DNA of 53,202 bases from a virus (lineage: Duplodnaviria > Caudoviricetes). Every line of letters starts with the position of its first letter. Position 1 is the first letter of the stretch. Location of the stretch: the IMG/VR virus record IMGVR_UViG_3300009788_000121, positions 1-53,202 of that record; one strand, 5' to 3'. A program made the position numbers and the translations under genes. Positions 19,545-28,437 of the stretch are shown here, in pieces. A model generated the notes under the pieces. It was not told where the DNA came from. It searched no databases and worked only from the letters and a program-made list of their open reading frames with translations.

Positions 19545-20908
19545 GTGATTCCTCCTACTGAGCGTTCGTAAGTATAAATTGCATAACGTATTGCATCAGC
19601 ACAGTGACTAGCGCGATTATGTTCTGGCTTTTGTGATTCGATGTTCCAAACGCCAGCATCTGCAGACCCCTTCCATTTGTAGTTGCGCAACGCGTAAATT
19701 GATTCATGGCATTCATCATGCACGATCAATCTATCATTGTCAATAACGGCGCCTACCGCGCCGATGCCATCAGTTCTAGACTTAATAGCAGCTATTGTAG
19801 ATATATCATAAATAGAAGCCAAGTCCCATCTAGTTTGCGCGGCTGCCGAATCACAAAAAATATATTCCAAGTCCCACTTCTCAACTCGAGCTGATATTTC
19901 AGCAGCGTGTTTATCAGTGCCTTTTTCTGCTTGTACGTATTCATCAAGTATAGAATAGATATTCAAACCATCAGAATCTTCATATACTAGCATTACTACA
20001 AGAGCAGTTTGATCTCGGAATCCTAAATCTAATCCGGCTATAATTTCATATCTAGCAGGATTAGCAACGATATCGTGAATCATAATTGTAAGGTCTTGAA
20101 TAGCTGAACCTTTCAATGCCCACACTTGGCCTTCGAACGTTACAAAGTTAGCCATGTACTCTTGCTCAAATTCTGAGTGAGACATAGTCTTTCTAGCTTG
20201 GGCTATATCTTTTTTAGAAGCTCTAGGATTTTCATGGTAATCAGCATGAATTGATAGCCACTCGGCTAAATCAGGATCAGTTGAGAATCCACGTTGAAAA
20301 AACTCTCTAAACCAGTTATCTCCACGTGGTGTAGAGATGAACAAACATTTAGAGTTTAATTTATCTAAAGTTGGGCGCAGAGCTACATTGAATGCTTGGC
20401 CACCGGCGTCGTTTAACGCAGCTTCATCGAAGATGATAAGATCGTAACTTCGCCCAACGGCCGAATCAACTCGACTAACAGAAGCAATCTTAATAAGAGA
20501 ACCATTTGATAATTCAATAATTCTATCTTTAGCATTGTCTCGTATGCGTTCGATATCGAACTTGTCAAGTAGCGTGCGTTGTAAGTCCCATGATATACCA
20601 GATAAGGCATAATCGGGGCTAATAATAAGCACCGATGCTCCAGGCATAAGTGCTACGACTTGCAAAATGATATTTGCAATAAAAGTTTTACCTACTCGCC
20701 TAGAAACACATGCAGTAATAAATCTATATGAAGGAGAATTAATTGCATTAATAATTGCATTTTGTACTCTATTTGGAACTATCGGTTTGTTTTCCGAGTC
20801 CGTCAGTAACTTTAAGTAATTCTGTATTGGTACCTTTAGAAATCTTTTCGACGCCGATAGTTCCACTATGTGGTTTAATTCTAGATTTGGATCCGAAACT
20901 TTTAACAT
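19541..20908 (-). CDS. terL: Terminase large subunit (T5-like)
   Basis: Walker A 'SRRVGKT', Walker B 'LIIFDEAA', 'FISTPRG', nuclease 'GLDLGFRD', 'SHCADAIRY'. Confidence 0.95.
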   Translation of the reverse strand: MLKVSDPNLELNHIVELSASKRFLKVPIQNYLKLLTDSENKPIVPNRVQNAIINAINSPSYRFITACVSRRVGKTFIANIILQVVALMPGASVLIISPDYALSGISWDLQRTLLDKFDIERIRDNAKDRIIELSNGSLIKIASVSRVDSAVGRSYDLIIFDEAALNDAGGQAFNVALRPTLDKLNSKCLFISTPRGDNWFREFFQRGFSTDPDLAEWLSIHADYHENPRASKKDIAQARKTMSHSEFEQEYMANFVTFEGQVWALKGSAIQDLTIMIHDIVANPARYEIIAGLDLGFRDQTALVVMLVYEDSDGLNIYSILDEYVQAEKGTDKHAAEISARVEKWDLEYIFCDSAAAQTRWDLASIYDISTIAAIKSRTDGIGAVGAVIDNDRLIVHDECHESIYALRNYKWKGSADAGVWNIESQKPEHNRASHCADAIRYAIYTYERSVGGIT

Positions 20909-21062
20909 TTAATAATTCTTCTCTTGTGTATAGTGAGCCAGAGGAATCTCTAACTACACCATTTTTATAATCTCTCAAAAAATCGAGAGCAGATTTAATC
21001 GGCATATCCTGTGCCACAATAACTTCTCTAACTTTGTTCTTTACATAACATGTATATAACAT
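20769..21062 (-). CDS. Hypothetical protein (3' part overlaps the terL start)
   Basis: TAATG-coupled to the upstream ORF; no recognisable motif. Confidence 0.4.
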   Translation of the reverse strand: MLYTCYVKNKVREVIVAQDMPIKSALDFLRDYKNGVVRDSSGSLYTREELLNVKSFGSKSRIKPHSGTIGVEKISKGTNTELLKVTDGLGKQTDSSK

Positions 21063-21322
21063 TAATATATTCCTCGTATTATCTTTTTGGGGTCAACACA
21101 TTTTGCACTATGCATTTCATGATAAGTAAGAGGATGTGGTATTCTAGATATAGTATATTTTCTTATCATCATAGCACCTCCTGCTTTTTTACAACTAGCA
21201 GATGCAATAATATATGTATCAACCATTTCATCATAACGTGCTATTTTTTCATAAGGTGATAGTGTTTGACATCCTCCAATTACAATATTAACTATCAATA
21301 AGCTTTTCCATAAGTTTACCAT
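21062..21322 (-). CDS. Putative small lipoprotein
   Basis: MVNLWKSLLIVNIVIGG-C lipobox-like; GGAG upstream of ATG 21322. Confidence 0.5.
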   Translation of the reverse strand: MVNLWKSLLIVNIVIGGCQTLSPYEKIARYDEMVDTYIIASASCKKAGGAMMIRKYTISRIPHPLTYHEMHSAKCVDPKKIIRGIY

Positions 21323-21758
21323 AAGAACCCTCTCCGTATACATTAACCTGAGTATTCTTAGTCAGTCCAACTTCTTTACTAACATCAGCTTGTAATAATT
21401 TAGACATATCCATTCTAAATTTATGTGCCATAAGTAGTAAGTCAGCTATATCTTTATTAGAACCGATTTCAGCTTCATCAAGCTCTGCCCACTTGCGATC
21501 GACTAGATCATCTAGTTTTTCAGCTATTTGTGCCATATGACGATATCCGTGTTCTCTTAATATAGAGTTGACGTAAGTTTTTATAAGTGGTTGTTGTAAT
21601 ACTGCTGCAATTTCATGTGTGGGTACATCTAGTGACTGAGAGCATTCTTTTATAGAGCATCCATTAGCTAAATAAGTGTTGGCAATTTTTGCTCCGTCAG
21701 GACTTATTAATTCTGGGGTAGCATCTTCTGAAAATGGTTGTAGTTGATAATCGCTCAT
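21288..21758 (-). CDS. terS: Terminase small subunit (T5-like)
   Basis: 'ISPDGAKIANTYL', 'GSNKDIADLL..AHKFRM', 'YGKLMEKL'; upstream of terL. Confidence 0.85.
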   Translation of the reverse strand: MSDYQLQPFSEDATPELISPDGAKIANTYLANGCSIKECSQSLDVPTHEIAAVLQQPLIKTYVNSILREHGYRHMAQIAEKLDDLVDRKWAELDEAEIGSNKDIADLLLMAHKFRMDMSKLLQADVSKEVGLTKNTQVNVYGEGSYGKLMEKLIDS

Positions 21759-21991
21759 TATTCTAATACACTAAATACTCTATTGAAGAAACCTTCTTTA
21801 GTTGCTGCTTTCGCTAAAAAATTTGGATTGTCCTCGTCAGCGTCAATGAGCATAACTTTCTCAGGTATATCCATGGTGCTTTCGATTTTGTAACGTTGAA
21901 CCCGATTTTTTCGAATATACGTATTACAATCATGCTTTGATCCAGTGAACAAAATTTCACCATCAAGCGTTTTAATATTTAATTTTTTCAT
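21758..21991 (-). CDS. Hypothetical protein, first gene of the late operon
   Basis: AGGAG RBS; TAATG-coupled to terS. Confidence 0.6.
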   Translation of the reverse strand: MKKLNIKTLDGEILFTGSKHDCNTYIRKNRVQRYKIESTMDIPEKVMLIDADEDNPNFLAKAATKEGFFNRVFSVLE

Positions 21992-22016
21992 GCGGTAGTT
22001 CTCCTATTAATAAGTT

Positions 22017-22045
22017 AGTGTAACACGTCGGGGGCGTCATGTCAA
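22017..22045 (-). promoter_or_regulatory. Sigma70-type late promoter
   Basis: Minus strand: A-tract, TTGACA-17 nt-(TG-N)TACACT. Confidence 0.7.
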
Positions 22046-22167
22046 GAACTTTTTTTGTATTAGGTTTATAGTTTGCACCGGAATTGGTTTTTTGAAAAAT
22101 CATGGTTGTACACGTGTGGGGTAGTCCGTTTATAGGGGCTTAGAACGGGTCTAATAACCGCCCCCGG

Positions 22168-22211
22168 TTGGCACGATTCTTGCCAATAGGTAATGGCAAA
22201 TTGCGTGCCAA
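22168..22211. promoter_or_regulatory. Pair of convergent sigma54 (-24/-12) consensus-like sites
   Basis: TTGGCACGATTCTTGC (+, 22168-22183) and TTGGCACGCAATTTGC (-, 22196-22211). Confidence 0.6.
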
Positions 22212-22307
22212 TAACCTGGATCGCTTATACCGATTCGGTATATCAAATCTATTGACTCGAATCGGAAAATCGTGTTATTGTATCTTTACTGACTCGGGAG
22301 AAAAATC

Positions 22308-22934
22308 ATGGCTAGAAAATTATTTACATCAGCTTCACTTTATACCCTTGAAAATGATATCGTTCACGTTCACGTCGCGTGGATGGACAAGGATTATAAT
22401 TCTGACTCGCTGAAATTCCTTGCCGAAGGTTATCAACACGCGGTAGAATTGCTTGATACGCTCTTCGGTAATTGGACTGACTGCGACCAGTCAATAGCAA
22501 GGAGCGCATAATGGGATACTATAAAGACAAGGCAATCGAGCAAGAAGAATCCGAGATGGCTTTGGATTTTGACGAACGCAACTACACAGACGGCGGGTAC
22601 TGGTCAGAACGTGATGCTGAACGTGTAATGGCAGAACATGACGAACTGACTCGAATCGAAAATCAAGCGAAGCTTGAAGACGAACGCCGCACAATTGGAG
22701 GATGGTAAAATGAAGAATTTTCTAATCGCAATGGCTTTGATTGTTGGACTGCCAAGTTTTTTCATCGGCACATACAAATTGTTCGAGGTGATTGATTGCA
22801 ACACGGCACAAAAGAATCTACGATTCATTGATGCCTGCATCACAGATGATAATTGTAATCTAACAGCACGCGACAGACAGAGCGCAGAAAGCTGGACACG
22901 ATTAAAATTGGCACGATGCCACTCGAAAGACTAA
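22308..22934 (+). other. Operon of three small pre-early hypothetical genes (22308-22511, 22511-22708, ~22710-22934)
   Basis: TTGACT-17-TATTGT promoter at ~22252-22281, GGAG/GGAGG RBSs, coupled stops and starts, terminator at 22941. Confidence 0.65.
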
Positions 22935-22940
22935 CTCAAT

Positions 22941-22965
22941 AGCCCCGCCGAGGCGGGGCTTTTTT
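22941..22965 (+). terminator. Intrinsic terminator
   Basis: AGCCCCGCC-GA-GGCGGGGCT followed by a T-run. Confidence 0.85.
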
Positions 22966-22989
22966 CTGTCTGATCCCTGGAACCAGGCA

Positions 22990-23014
22990 AATGCGAATGA
23001 GAATCATTCGCATT
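22990..23014. repeat. Fur-box-like palindrome (copy 1 of 5)
   Basis: AATGCGAATGA-GAA-TCATTCGCATT; related copies at 23571, 25356, 25944 and 27965. Confidence 0.7.
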
Positions 23015-23309
23015 GGCGCGCCATTTTACCATATACACCCCTAGCCTGTCAATACGTATATCTACCTATTGCATATATCGTTTGGTTATGAGACAATCGG
23101 GTGTTATGTTAGAAAAATATAATATAAATAGAATAAAGGGGTGGGGGGTGGGCGCCAGTGAGTGACGGCAGTATTTTGTACGTGTGTTACGTCCGAAAAT
23201 ATGTGCTTGACAATTGGTGGTGATTCGTGATAAAATAAATTATTAACTGGAAGAATAAGATGGATATAAGAGATACCGAAAGAGAACAGACCCTCAAGGA
23301 GATAAACTA

Positions 23310-23519
23310 ATGCCGAAGAATAGAAAAAGAGTATTACAAAAAGGGGGCAAAAGCGTGAGCATACGTACCAAACACAAAATTGGTGGGCGTAAGGCTAGCA
23401 AAGGCACAAATGAAATGAGCAATACTGAATTGACAGGCTTGTTAAATAAGGTCAACAAGCGTGATCGTAACAAGCTACGCCGCGCTATACTAGCGCGATT
23501 CAAAGATCTCCCAAGCTAG
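23310..23519 (+). CDS. Small basic hypothetical protein
   Basis: AAGGAG RBS, TTGACA promoter at 23207, terminator at ~23541-23570; Lys/Arg-rich. Confidence 0.65.
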   Translation: MPKNRKRVLQKGGKSVSIRTKHKIGGRKASKGTNEMSNTELTGLLNKVNKRDRNKLRRAILARFKDLPS

Positions 23520-23570
23520 GTGCAGACCTAGCACACTTTGCCCTCCGCTGTCAAGGCGGAGGGCCTTTTT

Positions 23571-23642
23571 AAATGAGAATCGTTCGCATTCGGGCACCCT
23601 CGCAGGTGCGAGGGTGCCCCGCTACGCGGGGCATGTCAAGCG
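23571..23642. repeat. Composite palindrome module A
   Basis: Fur-like box + GGGCACCCTCGCA-GG-TGCGAGGGTGCCC + small hairpin + TGTCAAGCG. Confidence 0.85.
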
Positions 23643-23715
23643 TTTTATTTGCTTATTTCGCTTGTGCCGTACTTGATTTTCTGGTAAACTAAAAACTTGA
23701 TTTTGGGAGAACAAA

Positions 23716-24231
23716 ATGTTTGATAGAATATTCGATTTTTTGGAAAGCGTATGGGAATGGATTATTCCCTTTGTGATCATTGACCAATACGAGCAGGGCG
23801 TCGTCCTGAGATTCGGAAAATTCCAGCGTATCTTAAACCCCGGTCTGCGCTGGATTATCCCGCTAGGTGTAGATGCTGTAAAATATGAAACCGTTGTAAG
23901 GCAAACGGCATATCTCGATGTGCAGTCCATTACTAGCCAAGATGGAAAGTCAGTCAGCGTATCAGCAATTGTTGTGTTTACTATTACCAATATTCGCAAA
24001 TTCCTGTTAGAAATTGACGAAGGTGAAACCGATATGACTAACATGGTCTATGGCATCATAACGGATTTTGTCGAGTCAACGATTTGGATAAACATTAGAG
24101 GAAAAAACTTCAACAAAAAAGTATTAGAAAAATGTCGCCGCGACTGTGAAAATTATTGCGGCGTGAAAATTATTTCAATCAAATGGTCAGACAAAGCAAC
24201 TGCAAGGAATATCAGATTATGGAACGATTAA
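23716..24231 (+). CDS. SPFH/band-7 domain protein
   Basis: 'YEQGVVLRFGKFQRILNPGLRWIIP', 'QSITSQDG'. Confidence 0.85.
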   Translation: MFDRIFDFLESVWEWIIPFVIIDQYEQGVVLRFGKFQRILNPGLRWIIPLGVDAVKYETVVRQTAYLDVQSITSQDGKSVSVSAIVVFTITNIRKFLLEIDEGETDMTNMVYGIITDFVESTIWINIRGKNFNKKVLEKCRRDCENYCGVKIISIKWSDKATARNIRLWND

Positions 24232-24587
24232 ACGGCTTTTGTAAGGGGGTATCTGCGGGCTTTATTATATGGTTTATTATTGCCCTTATGATTCTATCCG
24301 GTTGTGCTAGTTCGCCGGTCGCTATGCCTTACAACAAGATCGAAAGCGAATACAATATTACGACAACTACAATTCTTGTCCACTGGTATAACTCGGAACA
24401 AGAGTTGCAACTATCATTAGGGCATCGCGGTATAGCTGGATTTTCAGAATGTGAATTGCGTCCCGACTTCAATACATCGTTTTGTGAATTGTGGTTAGTG
24501 CGGCCGATAGATGCTAACGATTATTACTCATTCGATACTATCGGTCACGAATTCTATCACGCACTAGCAGGGGGTTTCCATGACTAA
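24219..24587 (+). CDS. Putative lipoprotein with HExxH motif
   Basis: Hydrophobic stretch + LSGC lipobox; C-terminal 'TIGHEFYHAL'. Confidence 0.55.
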   Translation: MERLNGFCKGVSAGFIIWFIIALMILSGCASSPVAMPYNKIESEYNITTTTILVHWYNSEQELQLSLGHRGIAGFSECELRPDFNTSFCELWLVRPIDANDYYSFDTIGHEFYHALAGGFHD

Positions 24588-24605
24588 ACAACTTAATTCT
24601 TTGGT

Positions 24606-25247
24606 GTGGGCATTGCTGTTTACTATAGGCTTGTTCGCTGGCGTATTGGTCGGACTGTTTACAGTGTGGCTTTTGTCATGATTAAGGTGGGTAATAGAGT
24701 AAGAATTAAAAACTACTCAAAAACGTTAAACGGGGAAAAAGGAACTGTAGTACGGCGCGATGGATACTATGTTTATGTTTATCCCGATTGCCAACCGAAT
24801 AACACCAAATACCCGCTTGAATTGTATGACTGCGAATTGGAAAAACTGCCATGCAAATAAAAAATTTCGGCATCCGTGATATTGAAAGCGTATGCGAAAA
24901 CACCACGCGCAGAATGAAAACGGCACATTACACGTTGCTAGATTCTACCTGCGCACAAGCGAAAAAAGAATTACGCAACTTGCGTATAAACTGCAAAAAA
25001 TTTGGAGACGATGATGCGAAAATATTGGAATCCGGTTGTAGCTAGAAAACATTACAATGGTGTAACGATTGGTTACATCGTTGGATGGAAACACATTCAC
25101 TGTAACTTTGTGCGAAACATTCGTGCTGGTTTGATTTTCAAAAAGTTGGGTGATGCGTTACGGTTCAGAGATAATATGGAACGCAAGCGTACTTGCCCGT
25201 ATGTCGAATTTGAGATAATCGAGGGGGAAGATAAAACCAGAGTCTAA
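24606..25247 (+). other. Three small hypothetical ORFs (24606-24860 with an SH3/KOW-like 'IKVGNRVRI', 24851-25045, 25002-25247)
   Basis: Overlapping co-oriented ORFs ending at the terminator-like AAAAGCCTTGCA..TGCAAGGCTTTTT (~25267-25295). Confidence 0.5.
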
Positions 25248-25304
25248 GACTCCAAGGACGTACCACAAAAGCCTTGCAAATGCAAGGCTTTTTTGTAAAT
25301 AAAT

Positions 25305-25446
25305 CGCTTGACAAGCCCGGTGTAGTCGGGCACCCTCCCACCGGGAGGGTGCCCAAATGCGAATACGTCTCATTCGTATTGGGGCACCCTCGCAGGTGCG
25401 AGGGTGCCCCACCTAAAACCTGGTGTCAATAGGTATTTCTACCTAT
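25305..25446. repeat. Composite palindrome module B
   Basis: CGCTTGACA + hairpin + palindrome (25328-25354) + Fur-like box + palindrome (25381-25410) + TGTCAATAGGTATTTCTACCTAT. Confidence 0.85.
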
Positions 25447-25479
25447 ATACTATTTTTCTGATCGGCGTATACTCTCTTT

Positions 25480-25879
25480 ATCGGATCGGGACAGAGAGAA
25501 ATTAACCCCTCTCATTAAACAAGAATTTGGTTGTTTAGGAAAACTGCCCCATACCGGTCTAGCAAGAGAAGTGAAAAGAAAGGCTAATCGAAACCACTTG
25601 AGCTAGTAGGAGCATCGGAGATTGGAACCTTTAAGAATGGTCAAAGGGTGAGTCAAAGAAGATGGTCCACCTTCCCCACCTTCGGGTGGGGATTTATTCA
25701 AAGAGATAACGCTTAGGCGAGATTTCAAGGGTAGAGAAGCCTAAACTCTTTAAAATTAAGGGCCGACAGATACTCGGGATACAAAATTATCAGAGGAACC
25801 AGCCTCTTTAAAAATTTGCAGAGAACAGCTGCCATAAAAAAATCACGCGCCCCCCATCTTCGGATGGGGGGCTTTTTTT
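25480..25879 (+). ncRNA. Candidate ~400-nt pre-early non-coding RNA
   Basis: TATACT -10 at 25468, no credible ORF, two C(UUCG)G-capped stems, ends in a strong terminator (25849-25879). Confidence 0.55.
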
Positions 25880-25891
25880 GTCTAAAATAAA

Positions 25892-26106
25892 CGCTTGACA
25901 ACGCTTGACAGATAGGGCACCCTCACACCTGTGAGGGTGCCCTAATGCGAATGCGTCTCATTCGCATTCAGCGCCCGCCGAGCAAAAGACGTTACTCTAA
26001 TTGTATCACATACGCCTAAGAATGTCAACACTTATTTTCGATATTATGTCAAATCGGGCACCCTCGCAGGTGCGAGGGTGCCCGCTGCGCGGGCGCGTGT
26101 CAAGCG
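25892..26106. repeat. Composite palindrome modules C and D
   Basis: Tandem CGCTTGACA + palindrome 25913-25944 + Fur-like box; palindrome 26055-26084 + hairpin + TGTCAAGCG. Confidence 0.85.
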
Positions 26107-26233
26107 ATTTATTTTCTTTTTTGCTTGACTTATCCCTGGAGCATGTGCTAGGCAATAGACCACGATATTTTACAACGTGCGGAATTTTCGTGCTATACTT
26201 GGTGGCTGGCACTACTCACAAGAGAATTTGACC

Positions 26234-26710
26234 ATGTTTAAACGCATCCATACTTATGATCTCGACGGGGTTCTGGTTGATACCGCGCACAGATACCGCA
26301 ACTTGCCAGACGGTAGCATTGATATGCCCTACTGGAACAAGAACCACACCGAAGAAAAAATAGCGCAGGACAAAATTTTGCCGCTGGCAAAACAATTCCT
26401 TGCCGACTGTTTAAACCCGGAAACGTATTGCATACTGTGTACTGTTCGCACAATGCACATACTAGATATTGCGTTTATCGTTGGACGGTTGGGCGCTCCC
26501 GACAATTTGCTTATGGTGGGTGAACCCCGCCCGCCATATTCGCTCGACTACATTTTAAAACGTCGCGCACTAACCCGCATTTTTAATTTGCGGCAATTTT
26601 CTAAGCTACCGAAAAAACTTTGGGAGGATAACATTCGCAACATTGAAAACCTACAAAACCTTTTTGATCGTTGCTACTATGTCCCGTCACGCATCACCGC
26701 AAGGAATTAA
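26234..26710 (+). CDS. dmp: Deoxyribonucleoside-5'-monophosphatase (HAD family, T5 Dmp-like)
   Basis: 'YDLDGVLVDTAHR...DGSIDM...IAQDKILPL...ILCTVR...WEDN' parallels T5 Dmp as I recall it; pre-early location. Confidence 0.75.
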   Translation: MFKRIHTYDLDGVLVDTAHRYRNLPDGSIDMPYWNKNHTEEKIAQDKILPLAKQFLADCLNPETYCILCTVRTMHILDIAFIVGRLGAPDNLLMVGEPRPPYSLDYILKRRALTRIFNLRQFSKLPKKLWEDNIRNIENLQNLFDRCYYVPSRITARN

Positions 26711-26714
26711 AACG

Positions 26715-27437
26715 ATGAGACAAAAAACTTTTTTGGTAATGGATACTGAAACTACGGGCATTGCGTCAAAGGCTATGGTTTTCGACTTTGCATATGTGAT
26801 TGCCACGCGTACCAAAATTTTGTGCGAGCGCAAATTTTTAATACGCGAAATTCTAACTAACCCACGCGTGATGTTAGGCGCGCTTTACGATAGAACATGG
26901 CGCGATATGATGGGGGGTAAACTGTTTCATCATTACATACCCGGCTTGCATAGCGGCGAACTAGAATTATTTGGCTGGCGCGATGCGTTACAAATTATGC
27001 GCGATGACGTTTTGACTTTCGGCGTTGATGTTATATGCGCGTATAACCTGCCATTCGATTTGGGCGCGTTAAACAAAACGCATCAACGTATCACCGAAAA
27101 GAATATTAACCTTTCGCGTTTTGACTTGTTATGCCTTTGGGAATTTTCCTGCTCGACTGTTTGCAAGGAAGCGTTATATCATCAAGTAGCGCGACAGCAG
27201 GGACAAGCGACCGGATGGATTACACCGGCCAACAACGTACGAACTAACGCGGAGAAAGTTTACGCATTCTTATCCGGTGATTTGAATTTTGTGGAATCGC
27301 ATACTGCGTTAGAGGATGCACAAATCGAAACCGAAATTTTGCAACGCCTGTTAGCAAAACGCAAAACGATCCCGTACAATGTGCTAGATCATATGCCGTG
27401 GCGCAAGGCGCAGCAAATCAACGGTCAGATGTTTTGA
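26715..27437 (+). CDS. DEDDh 3'-5' exonuclease
   Basis: ExoI 'VMDTETTG', ExoII 'AYNLPFD', ExoIII 'HTALEDA'. Confidence 0.88.
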   Translation: MRQKTFLVMDTETTGIASKAMVFDFAYVIATRTKILCERKFLIREILTNPRVMLGALYDRTWRDMMGGKLFHHYIPGLHSGELELFGWRDALQIMRDDVLTFGVDVICAYNLPFDLGALNKTHQRITEKNINLSRFDLLCLWEFSCSTVCKEALYHQVARQQGQATGWITPANNVRTNAEKVYAFLSGDLNFVESHTALEDAQIETEILQRLLAKRKTIPYNVLDHMPWRKAQQINGQMF

Positions 27438-27460
27438 CCATCACCCAAGAGGAAAAGAAA

Positions 27461-27847
27461 ATGACCGAAACAAAGGTAAACTACGATGATGAAACCACGA
27501 CCAAAATCGTGGAAGCGTACAAGATTGGCGAATCCGATGATCAGCGTAAAGCAATTCTGGAAACGCTGTCAGCGGAGACTGGTAAGACAGTCAAAAGCCT
27601 GCGCGCTAAACTGGTCCGGGAGGGTGTGTACGTTAAACAGACGTACAAGACCAAGACCGGCGCGAAAGCGGAAACCAAGGAAACGATTGTCGAATCAATC
27701 GCTGTTCTGATGGATGTTACCGCAGAGCAACTTGGCGGATTGGAGAAAGCAACGAAACCCGCGCTGCTGAGAATCCGTAAGCAATTCCGGGGTGCTTACG
27801 CCGCACTTGCTGGCGAAGATGAGGCGGGAGAGGAAGCGGCAGAATAG
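27461..27847 (+). CDS. T5 A2/D3-family DNA-binding protein (copy 1)
   Basis: 'VNYDDE...GKTVKSLRAKLVREGVY...GLEKATK'; GAGG RBS; terminator 27872-27900. Confidence 0.75.
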   Translation: MTETKVNYDDETTTKIVEAYKIGESDDQRKAILETLSAETGKTVKSLRAKLVREGVYVKQTYKTKTGAKAETKETIVESIAVLMDVTAEQLGGLEKATKPALLRIRKQFRGAYAALAGEDEAGEEAAE

Positions 27848-27912
27848 CCGAAAATCCCTAGCACGAAATTTGGCCCGCGTCAAGGCGCGGGCCTTTTTTT
27901 CTTTGAAAAAAA

Positions 27913-28069
27913 CGCTTGACAAGCCCCGCTACGCGGGGCACCCTCGCACCTGCGAGGGTGCCCGAATGCGAATGATTCCCATTCGCATTCGCGAGGGTGC
28001 CCGCCCTCCCACCCTGCGAGGGTGCCCGATCCAAAAAACCGTGTCAATACGTATATTTACCTATTGACA
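27913..28069. repeat. Composite palindrome module E
   Basis: CGCTTGACA + hairpin + palindrome 27936-27963 + Fur-like box + two half-sites + TGTCAATACGTA-TATT-TACCTATTGACA. Confidence 0.85.
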
Positions 28070-28287
28070 AGATATGCCTCAACGTGGTAAACTAAAGGGT
28101 TAAGACATTTTCCTTATATTAGAAAAAGCTAATATACGTAACCGGCAAGATATTACCCATTCACACTATCGAGCGCAAGCGGCGCTTGCGCCAGTACCTA
28201 GTGCCTGGTGGAGCCTTTTTTAATTACATGCGCATCCGCGCCAGTATACCACGTCGGCATTTCAAAGTCAAGTCGAAAATTTTTTTC

Positions 28288-28398
28288 TTGACATTACCTG
28301 GCCCCCGTGATATAATATATTTATCAGATGGAAAAGAGCAACAGTATTTAAGGGCAGAAAAAATAGTTCTTGACATCTTCCCCAAAATCAGATATAAT
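28288..28398 (+). promoter_or_regulatory. Two tandem consensus sigma70 promoters
   Basis: TTGACA-17-TATAAT at 28288-28316 and 28370-28398. Confidence 0.9.
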
Positions 28399-28437
28399 AG
28401 TATTTCAAATCGAGATACACACAACTGGAGAATAAGC

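Noticed and set aside
1806-21259. Plus-strand ORFs inside the structural module (e.g. 4801, 5089, 15690, 17930)
   Set aside because: Antisense shadows of well-supported minus-strand genes, without RBS or motifs.
21062-21322. Llp (lytic conversion lipoprotein) orthologue
   Set aside because: Only a lipobox-like motif and rough position; no recognisable similarity.
23571-28069. 28-bp palindromic repeats as a CRISPR array
   Set aside because: Spacing is irregular (tens of bp to kb), genes intervene, the sequence between close copies is itself a repeat, and there are no cas genes.
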